This document shows, in pieces, positions 56,870-64,000 of a stretch of DNA of 64,000 bases. The position numbers and the translations under genes are program-made. The stretch comes from Bdellovibrionota bacterium (GTDB lineage Bacteria; Bdellovibrionota; Bdellovibrionia; Bdellovibrionales; JAEYZS01), in assembly GCA_963169515.1 (NCBI GenBank), contig CAUJEF010000007.1, forward strand, positions 12,546-76,545. Reading direction: 5' to 3'. Each line of letters starts with the position of its first letter. Within the stretch, counting starts at the first letter, position 1. The notes beneath the pieces are model-generated. The model was not told the origin of the DNA. It saw only the letters and a program-made list of their open reading frames with translations, and made no database searches.

Positions 56870-57526
56870 ATGATCGAGTTTTCACATGTTTATAAAACAT
56901 ACCCAGGCCCCATTCATGCGCTAAAAAACATTAATCTAACAGTTGAAAAAGGAGAGTTTATTTATATTACCGGACCGAGTGGCGCTGGAAAAACAACATT
57001 GTTTCGGTTGATGTCGGCATTTGACAAGCCATCTTCGGGAAATATTTCTGTCGCGGGGTATGCATTAGACCAGATTACTGAAAAAGACGTCCCGTATTAT
57101 CGCAGAAAAATTGGAGTTGTTTTTCAAGACTTCAGGCTTTTAAGCGATCAAACTATTGCAGAAAACATAGCCCTTCCGTTAAAAGTTTTAGGATATAAGC
57201 AACCCATTATTCGAGCGCGAGTTGATGAAATATTAGAGATTGTCGGCCTAACAGATCGATTGGATTTTTACCCGAATCAAATTTCCGGCGGCGAAAAGCA
57301 AAGAACGGCAATTGCCCGCGCCCTGATTCATCAACCCGATGTTCTGATTGCAGACGAACCAACTGGAAACCTAGATCCTGATTTGAGCTTGGAAATTATA
57401 AATATTTTTGAACAGATCAATAGTGAGGGCACCACTGTATTTGTCGCAACTCATGACATTAATATTGTGAACAAGAGTGGAAAAAAGCGTCTTCATGTTC
57501 AAAATGGAATTATTGGGACACTGTAA
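56870..57526 (+). CDS. ftsE: Cell-division ABC ATPase FtsE
   Basis: It has GPSGAGKTT, ISGGEKQRTAIARAL, LIADEPTGNLDP and ATHD. Confidence 0.9.
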   Translation: MIEFSHVYKTYPGPIHALKNINLTVEKGEFIYITGPSGAGKTTLFRLMSAFDKPSSGNISVAGYALDQITEKDVPYYRRKIGVVFQDFRLLSDQTIAENIALPLKVLGYKQPIIRARVDEILEIVGLTDRLDFYPNQISGGEKQRTAIARALIHQPDVLIADEPTGNLDPDLSLEIINIFEQINSEGTTVFVATHDINIVNKSGKKRLHVQNGIIGTL

Positions 57527-58446
57527 TGCTGAATATTGATTATTTTTTAAAGTCTGTTGTTCGCTCTTGGAAAAACCATCTTACAATTCAGCTTTCATCC
57601 CTACTGGTTCTTTCAAGTGCGTTGACGATAGTGTTTTCATTCTATCTTGTGTTTACAAACCTTGAACGTCTCGTTGTAAGCTGGGGCTCAGACCTTGAAA
57701 TGAATGTATATTTGGAGGACTCTATCGAGCCCTCAAGACAGGCGTCGCTTTTAAAATCTCTTGAAGAAATGGATAAATTTAAAGAAATTCGTTATTTGGA
57801 CAGAAAAACAACAACGGATGGTTTTTTCAAAAAAATGTCTAAATATGTTCCGGAGTTCAAAGAAGACAATGAGTTTTTAAATATGGTCCCATCAAGCTAC
57901 GTAGTGAAAATGCTGCCAGCGATTAAAGTCGAAGATTTATCAACGCTGGCCACAAATATTATGCGGTTAGATGGCGTTGACGATGTATCATATGGGCAGG
58001 AATGGATCACAAATTTTTCTGTATTTGTGAGCGCGATTCATAAAACGGGCTGGACTATTATTTTCATCCTATTGTTTGGCAGTTTGTTTGTAATTGGATA
58101 TTCCATCAAGGCAATTGTTATACAGCGAAAAGAAGAGGTCGAAATCCTTGAATTGGTGGGTGCAACGGCGAACATGATTCGCGCTCCATATATTTTTGAG
58201 GGTGGGATTCTTGGATTGATTTCATCTCTGATTGCAGTCGTCGCCAGCTATGTTTTATATCAATTGCAAGATCGACTTCTGTTGTCGGAGATCGGCCTTT
58301 GGGGGCTTGCTGGTATTTTTAGGTTTTACCAATGGTATGAGGTTATGCTTCTTATCGTGGTCGGATCGCTTCTGGGGGCGGGGACGGCCTATCTTTGTGT
58401 TAAAAAAATCAATTCCGGCTGGGCCGTATTGAATGAGAAAGCTTAG
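57526..58446 (+). CDS. ftsX: Cell-division permease-like protein FtsX
   Basis: 306 aa with four TM segments and a periplasmic loop between TM1 and TM2. It has the ILELVGAT motif. It follows ftsE with a 1-nt overlap. Confidence 0.85.
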   Translation: MLNIDYFLKSVVRSWKNHLTIQLSSLLVLSSALTIVFSFYLVFTNLERLVVSWGSDLEMNVYLEDSIEPSRQASLLKSLEEMDKFKEIRYLDRKTTTDGFFKKMSKYVPEFKEDNEFLNMVPSSYVVKMLPAIKVEDLSTLATNIMRLDGVDDVSYGQEWITNFSVFVSAIHKTGWTIIFILLFGSLFVIGYSIKAIVIQRKEEVEILELVGATANMIRAPYIFEGGILGLISSLIAVVASYVLYQLQDRLLLSEIGLWGLAGIFRFYQWYEVMLLIVVGSLLGAGTAYLCVKKINSGWAVLNEKA

Positions 58447-59575
58447 ATTTTTTATTCCAATGGTTCTCTTTTTGGGCTCGGCCCCTGCGCTCACAGAGAC
58501 GGCTGTAAGCCAGTATCGAGGCGAAAAGAGCAAGCTCATACAGAAAGAAGTTAGACAGAGAAACATATTAAGTGATCTCTATGGTATCAAAATGCAAATG
58601 AAAAGGGTCAACAAAGAAAAGTCAAAAGCCCTTACAAAGTTTAACAAGGTTCAAATTAAGTTTGAAAAATTGAATCAAATAGTTGAAGAAATAGAAGCTC
58701 GAATTCGCGTTCAAAAAATAGAGATCCGAAAGCGGATAGTCTTTATGGCTAAATTCCAGGATTTGAGTTTTTTGAAACTGTTGTTTTCGAGCCAAACTCC
58801 AATCGAATTGGACCGCAATTTAAGGCTATTAAAGCTGTTAACTGAAAAAGATTTTTCGTCTTTAAAAAATTACTTTAAAGATGTTCATACATTGATCGTA
58901 AAAAGGGATCAGCTTCGAAAAGAGCGCGAGGAGTTGGCAGATCTTAAAAATGCTGTCTTGGATAAAGAGCGTGAACTTTCTGAAAGTAAAGAAAAAAAAA
59001 CGGAGATGTTAGGGGAAATTGCAACCCAAAAAGCGTTGCTATTTGTAAAGCTGAAGCAGCTCCGTTTAAAAACTATGCCTGAATCCGAAGAAAAATCGAA
59101 GGCCCAAGCATTTTACGAAATAATTTTAAAACCGCTGTTGTTTGAAGAAAAAGGAGAGTTGAAGGCTCCCGTACTGGGGAAAATTATCCAGAAATATGGT
59201 TATTACCACGATCCCGTTTATCAAACCAAATTAATTCATAAGGGAGTTTTCATTCAGGCCGATATCGATACAAATGTATCTTCAATCTATGATGGTGACA
59301 TTTCCTTTAGGGGCGTAATTCCTGGATTTGGCAAGACGGTGATTGTTTCTCATGGAGACCATTATTATAGCGTTTATAGTCACCTAGATGAATTTTTAGT
59401 TCGTCATGGTGACAAGGTCGCAAAGGACCAGGTGATCGGTAGGACGGGGAATACGCATCCATTTTTCGGCAAGGGTTTGTATTTCGAAGTTCGGCACTTT
59501 TCTGAGCCAACAGATCCGCTCGAATGGATTAATTTAAAAGAGTTTAACTCGGGAGCTAAGCATGCCGCTTTATAA
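58433..59575 (+). CDS. envC: EnvC-like coiled-coil protein with degenerate LytM (M23) domain
   Basis: A long coiled coil precedes a C-terminal LytM-like domain. The catalytic motifs are lost: HKGVFIQAD instead of HxxxD, and GLYFEVRH instead of HxH. This fits an amidase activator downstream of ftsEX. Confidence 0.7.
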   Translation: MRKLRFFIPMVLFLGSAPALTETAVSQYRGEKSKLIQKEVRQRNILSDLYGIKMQMKRVNKEKSKALTKFNKVQIKFEKLNQIVEEIEARIRVQKIEIRKRIVFMAKFQDLSFLKLLFSSQTPIELDRNLRLLKLLTEKDFSSLKNYFKDVHTLIVKRDQLRKEREELADLKNAVLDKERELSESKEKKTEMLGEIATQKALLFVKLKQLRLKTMPESEEKSKAQAFYEIILKPLLFEEKGELKAPVLGKIIQKYGYYHDPVYQTKLIHKGVFIQADIDTNVSSIYDGDISFRGVIPGFGKTVIVSHGDHYYSVYSHLDEFLVRHGDKVAKDQVIGRTGNTHPFFGKGLYFEVRHFSEPTDPLEWINLKEFNSGAKHAAL

Positions 59576-60872
59576 AAAAAGATGGTTACAGATCAGCGTC
59601 GTAATTTCAGCGATAGGTATTTTTTCAATTGCTTCAAGCCAGGCCGAAGAAAAGTATAAAGATCTGCAGATATTCACAAAAGTTTTAAACTTGATCCAAA
59701 AATATTATGTGGAAGACGTTGACGCGACAAAGCTTATCTATAACGGGATCAAAGGAATGATCAGTGGGCTGGACCCGCACTCGAGCTTTTTGCCCCCAGA
59801 ATATTTCAAAGAATTCCAAGAAGAGACTGCGGGTGAGTTTAACGGTATTGGCGTGGAGATCAGTGTTCAAAATGATATTTTGACGGTTATTTCCCCTATT
59901 GAAGATACCCCGGCATGGAAGGCCGGGATAAAGGCGGGCGATAAAATCATGATCATTAATGGTGAGTCCACAAAGGGCTTTAGCTTGGCCGATGCAGCTC
60001 AGAAAATGAAGGCAAAGGACAATGGAAAAATTCGATTGGGAATTATGCGTGAAGGTTTTAAGAAAATTCAAACTTTCACCATTGAGCGCGGAACTGTGAA
60101 GGTCAGGTCTGTCAAATTTTCTGATCTTGAAGGTGGGTACGGATATTTTAAAATAACAGGTTTCATAGAAAACACGTTTAAGGACTTTGAGAGTCTCATA
60201 AAAAAATTTTCTAAGAAGAATAACAACGAAATCAAAGGAATCATCATCGATCTTCGAAATAATCCCGGAGGCTTGTTAGACCAAGCAACAAAACTGAGCG
60301 ACTTATTTTTAACAGAGGGCGTGATTGTAAGTACGATGGGGCGTGGGGGAAAAGACAAAGACGTAATCTACGCTACAGCAAAGGACGGTATGGTTGGTTT
60401 TCCAATTGTTATTATTATCAATGAGTATTCTGCCAGCGCTAGTGAGATTTTTGCAGGCGCTCTTCAGGACAATAATCGTGCTGTGATTTTAGGGCAGCAA
60501 AGCTTTGGAAAGGGTTCTGTACAGACCGTCGTAAAACTTGGCGACGGATCAGGCTTAAAGTTGACGGTCGCCCGTTACTACACGCCGAAGGGCACAGAAA
60601 TCCAGGCAAAAGGAATCAAGCCCGATCTGATGGTTGAGGACTTGGATCTCGACGCTTTTGAAAAGGCAAAAGTCAAAAAGCTGATTAAGCGCGAAGCCGA
60701 CATAGAAGGCCATTTAGAGTCTTCTAATGAAAAATCTAAGTTGCCAGTGGAAACCAATGATGTTCGCGAAAAGCTCTTAAAGGATGACTATCAGGTATTG
60801 CAAGCATTGAACTATCTCAAGGCGGCCAAGGTCTTTTCTAAAGGCAATTCACCAACAAAGATTAGCAAGTAG
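59562..60872 (+). CDS. S41 C-terminal processing peptidase
   Basis: A PDZ domain (GIGVEISVQNDILTVISPIEDTPAWKAGIKAGDKI) is followed by IIDLRNNPGGLL and SASASEIFAGALQD. Confidence 0.9.
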   Translation: MPLYKKRWLQISVVISAIGIFSIASSQAEEKYKDLQIFTKVLNLIQKYYVEDVDATKLIYNGIKGMISGLDPHSSFLPPEYFKEFQEETAGEFNGIGVEISVQNDILTVISPIEDTPAWKAGIKAGDKIMIINGESTKGFSLADAAQKMKAKDNGKIRLGIMREGFKKIQTFTIERGTVKVRSVKFSDLEGGYGYFKITGFIENTFKDFESLIKKFSKKNNNEIKGIIIDLRNNPGGLLDQATKLSDLFLTEGVIVSTMGRGGKDKDVIYATAKDGMVGFPIVIIINEYSASASEIFAGALQDNNRAVILGQQSFGKGSVQTVVKLGDGSGLKLTVARYYTPKGTEIQAKGIKPDLMVEDLDLDAFEKAKVKKLIKREADIEGHLESSNEKSKLPVETNDVREKLLKDDYQVLQALNYLKAAKVFSKGNSPTKISK

Positions 60873-60880
60873 AAAGCGAT

Positions 60881-62182
60881 TTAGTCCTTTAGGTCTGCTT
60901 TTTTAACTTCGATAACCTTTGCTTTTCCTGTTAAAAATTCGACCACTTTTTCCTCTGTAATTATGTGATTCAAGCGGCTTCGGGCTTCTTCGTTGTTATA
61001 GATTGATCGCACTTTTGCCGGGTCCATTCCTGTTTGATCGACATAAGACTGGATTTTTTTCTCCATGTCTTCTTGAGATGCAGATAAGCTTTCTTTGGCA
61101 GCAATAGCATTGATCAAGTAGCTTGATTGGACAATGAATGTAGCGGTTTCGGTGAAGTCCGAATCCCATTTCGAAGAATAATCATCAAAATTTGCCTCTG
61201 TCATTCCCATCCCTCGCATACGCTCGCGCATATCTTGAATCAAAAATGATTTTTGGCTTTCTAACATAGATTTAGGGACATCGACTGGGTTTTGTTTGGC
61301 CAATTCTTTTAAAAGACGATTTTTAAAATCTTCTTTAATGCGAGCCTCTTCGTTTTTCTTTGCATCTTCAAGGATGGCTGCTTTTAATGCATCAACGGTA
61401 TCAAAACCCATTTTTTTAGAAAACTCATTGTTCAAGGCAGGGAGAGCTTTCTTTTTTAGCTCTTTTACTTGAACCTCAAAACGCACAGGTTTTCCTGCAA
61501 GTTGGGCAACGTGATATTCTGGCGGAAAAGATAAATTTAATGTACGCGATTGGCCAGGCTTTGTGCCCAGTAATCCTTCTTCAAATCCTGGAATAAATTG
61601 GTTTGAGCCTAATTCCAGGTTGTGTTGGGTTCCCTTTGCATTTTCAAGCGGTTGTCCGTCAACGAAACCTTCAAAATCTATCACGGCAACGTCACCGTTT
61701 TGTGAGGGGCGGTCTTCAAACACCGGAACAAACTCTGCCTGTTGTGCTTGCATTTTTTCGAGTGTTTGCTGAATTACTTTTTCATCAACGTCTAAGAGCT
61801 CTTTTTTTACTGATAAGTTTTCATAGTTCTTAAGATTGATTTCAGGGTGAACTTCAAAATCAGCACTGAAAGAAAACGACTTGTGTTCATCAAGATCGTG
61901 TATTTTTAAACGGGGTTGTTGAATTGGTTTTAAATTGTTTTGATCAATCGCTTGGAAAAAATGTTCTTGCACGAGATCTTGTAAAACATTTGAACGGGCT
62001 TCATCTTTGTAGATGCTCTTAATTTTATCTAGAGGAGCCTTGCCTTTGCGAAAGCCTTTAATTGTGGCCTGTTTTTGAAATTCTTGATAAATGCGCTCAA
62101 AAGCCTTTGCCACCTTTTCAAGGGGAATCTCTATGTTTAATCGGCGTTCAAGCTTTGAAAGTTCTTCCAAATTTACCTTCAT
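60881..62182 (-). CDS. tig: Trigger factor
   Basis: From Met32 (ATG 62182, GAGGAAG upstream): MKVNLEELSKLERRLNIEIP... It has GFRKGKAP and a central FKBP-like domain (IDFEGFVDGQPLE). The track start at 62275 is too long. Confidence 0.9.
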   Translation of the reverse strand: MKVNLEELSKLERRLNIEIPLEKVAKAFERIYQEFQKQATIKGFRKGKAPLDKIKSIYKDEARSNVLQDLVQEHFFQAIDQNNLKPIQQPRLKIHDLDEHKSFSFSADFEVHPEINLKNYENLSVKKELLDVDEKVIQQTLEKMQAQQAEFVPVFEDRPSQNGDVAVIDFEGFVDGQPLENAKGTQHNLELGSNQFIPGFEEGLLGTKPGQSRTLNLSFPPEYHVAQLAGKPVRFEVQVKELKKKALPALNNEFSKKMGFDTVDALKAAILEDAKKNEEARIKEDFKNRLLKELAKQNPVDVPKSMLESQKSFLIQDMRERMRGMGMTEANFDDYSSKWDSDFTETATFIVQSSYLINAIAAKESLSASQEDMEKKIQSYVDQTGMDPAKVRSIYNNEEARSRLNHIITEEKVVEFLTGKAKVIEVKKADLKD

Positions 62183-62326
62183 AGGGTCTTCCTCAGGGTT
62201 ATTGTCTGTGTGTGTTATTAGAAGCGGCAGAGTAGGCGAAAGTATCACAGAAGGCAAGGGCTTAGCGCGTTGCATTTATATCAAAATAAACGCTTTTTCA
62301 CCACTCGTATATTACGATGGTCATTT

Positions 62327-63190
62327 ATGTCGAACATAGTAAAGCCAATCATTTTTGTGACAGGAAAGGGAGGGGTCGGAAAATCACTTTTTGCGGCCGG
62401 GCTTGCACTAAATCTTTCAGCCAAAGGTCGACGGGTTCTTTTAGTAGAGCTTGGGTCCAACAGCTTCTACCAAAACTTTTTAAATATTCCGGTTGTTGAA
62501 TTTGACCCGCGCCCAGTTGAAAAAAATTTGGATATTGCGATTTGGAATACAGATTCATGTCTGCGACAATACGTTACTTTTTATGTAAAGGTTGAAAAGC
62601 TTTATGACATTTTTTTTGAAAATAAGATTATGCGTGAAATTATTAATGCCTCGCCCGCGTTAAAAGAGTTAGCGATTCTTGGAAAAATAACAAGCGGAAT
62701 TCGCGAGATTGGTCCACCGCTTGATTATGATCATATAGTTATAGATTCTTATTCAACAGGACACCATAAAGCGCTTTTGATGGCGCCGAAAGGAATTTCA
62801 AAAGTTTTTCATCACGGGCCCATGGGACATCACAGCCAAAAAATGGTAGAGGTTATTAAAAACGCAGAGATTTGCGAGCAGGTAGTTTTGTTTAAAGCAG
62901 AAGATCTTCCGACGACAGAAGCCCTTGAGCTGGTGCAGTTTTTGAAAGATGAGTTTGGGTCTAATCCACAATTAGTATGCAATCAATTCTTAGAAATTCC
63001 GAATGAAATTTCCAAATCTGATAGGGCAGACCTGCGATTTTATCAAAAATATATGGAGCAGCAACAGATTAATTTGGGCCGAATAAATGGAGAATTTTTA
63101 AAAATACCATATATCTTAGAGGAAAAAACGGGAATGGAGTTGGCCCGAGCGCTGTCAGAGGAGCATATCAATGAACTTACTCGACAGTAA
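62327..63190 (+). CDS. ArsA/Get3-like P-loop ATPase (half-size), paralog 1
   Basis: From MSNIVKPIIFVTGKGGVGKS. It has DSYSTGHHKALL, which is DTAPTGHTL-like but diverged. Confidence 0.65.
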   Translation: MSNIVKPIIFVTGKGGVGKSLFAAGLALNLSAKGRRVLLVELGSNSFYQNFLNIPVVEFDPRPVEKNLDIAIWNTDSCLRQYVTFYVKVEKLYDIFFENKIMREIINASPALKELAILGKITSGIREIGPPLDYDHIVIDSYSTGHHKALLMAPKGISKVFHHGPMGHHSQKMVEVIKNAEICEQVVLFKAEDLPTTEALELVQFLKDEFGSNPQLVCNQFLEIPNEISKSDRADLRFYQKYMEQQQINLGRINGEFLKIPYILEEKTGMELARALSEEHINELTRQ

Positions 63191-64000
63191 AAAAGTCATT
63201 ATTTGCATGGGGAGCGGAGGAGTTGGAAAGACAACGGTGTCCGCGGCCCTGGCTGTTGCCGCGGCGGCAAAGGGGAAGGCTGTTCTTGTTTTAACAATAG
63301 ATCCGTCTTTACGGCTGGCGTCGGCATTTGGGCTGGATGGTTGGAAAGGCGAAGAAATTTTAGTCGATCATTTTAGTGGTCATGGCAAGCTGTATGCGGC
63401 AATGATCAACCCGAAACAAATTTTTGATGATTTCTTGGCACATTCTGGCGCTGACCCAAAAGATTTAGAATTGATATTAAATAATGCTTTTTACAAAGAA
63501 CTTTCGACCTCGCTAAGCGGTACCCAGGAGTTTACCTCGCTTCAGGCCTTGTCCCGTGCCCATCTGAACAAAAAATATGATTTGGTTATTTTGGATACGC
63601 CGCCGGCGGAGCACACGCTAGAGTTTTTAGAGTCTCCGCAGCACATTTATGATTTATTCAGTGGATCAGTTGTCGATTGGTTCAGCCAGGTTGGGATAAA
63701 GCGAAGCGCCTTATTTGGTATCTTAAATAAAGGCACACTTATGGCATTTAAAATTTTTGAAAAAATAACGGGCAGTCAATTTTTAAAGGAAATGGAAATT
63801 TTTTTCACTTTGATTTCAAAACTTCGGCAGCATGTAAAAGCGACTTCAAACCAAGTTCGGAGCATATTGGGCAGCAGCCAAACGGCTTTTATACTTGTCA
63901 CGCGCTTTGATTATAATAAAATATCGGAAAGCCTACGTATTTCTGAAGATTTAAAGGCGCGAGGCTTTATGTTGTCAAAAATAGTTATGAATGGAGCTTT
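63171..64000 (+). CDS. ArsA/Get3-like P-loop ATPase, paralog 2, truncated by window end
   Basis: Not in the ORF track. Manual translation from ATG 63171 gives MNLLDSKKVIICMGSGGVGKTTVSAALAVAAAAKGKAVLVLTIDPSLRLASAFG...ILDTPPAEHTLEFL... The frame is open to the window end and overlaps paralog 1 by 20 nt. Confidence 0.7.
   Translation, partial: MNLLDSKKVIICMGSGGVGKTTVSAALAVAAAAKGKAVLVLTIDPSLRLASAFGLDGWKGEEILVDHFSGHGKLYAAMINPKQIFDDFLAHSGADPKDLELILNNAFYKELSTSLSGTQEFTSLQALSRAHLNKKYDLVILDTPPAEHTLEFLESPQHIYDLFSGSVVDWFSQVGIKRSALFGILNKGTLMAFKIFEKITGSQFLKEMEIFFTLISKLRQHVKATSNQVRSILGSSQTAFILVTRFDYNKISESLRISEDLKARGFMLSKIVMNGA

Overview
The window looks like a moderately AT-rich chromosomal segment from a Gram-negative bacterium. 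The gene content is Tad/Flp pilus, FlbD-MotAB, TolQRAB, Suf, a TCA block and ndk-pilW-rodZ synteny. This content and the protein style suggest a Bdellovibrio-like (Bdellovibrionota/Oligoflexia) organism; that assignment is inference and was not verified.

Most of the window is tightly packed housekeeping:
- Core metabolism: nadE, icd-mdh-sucCD-ndk, uppP, a cysteine synthase/cystathionine gamma-lyase pair, dusB, mtgA.
- Envelope and motility: flbD-motAB, tolQRAB.
- Fe-S assembly: Rrf2-sufBCDS-nfu.
- Division and folding: ftsEX-envC-ctp, tig.
- RNA genes: one tRNA-Phe(GAA). I saw no rRNA and no CRISPR array.

The less ordinary parts are:
1. A Tad/Flp pilus operon at 1-5.2 kb. It carries six genes with prepilin-like N-termini, including a leaderless one and a 282-aa Flp-motif fusion with a C-terminal TM anchor.
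2. A single HUH/Y1 (IS200/RAYT-like) transposase gene preceded by a ~33-bp-stem inverted repeat.
3. An Mla/MCE-type ABC operon with two ATPases and two permeases. All sequence deviations map onto one composite ATP site, which implies one degenerate and one consensus site.
4. An unannotated 27-aa poly-lysine micro-ORF with its own SD and terminator.
5. An orphan, split TadB/TadC-like pair 20 kb from the main Tad operon.
6. A 1213-aa polytopic orphan protein behind a 400-bp AT-rich leader.

All functional calls rest on motif recognition in the supplied translations and on manual translation. No database search was possible.
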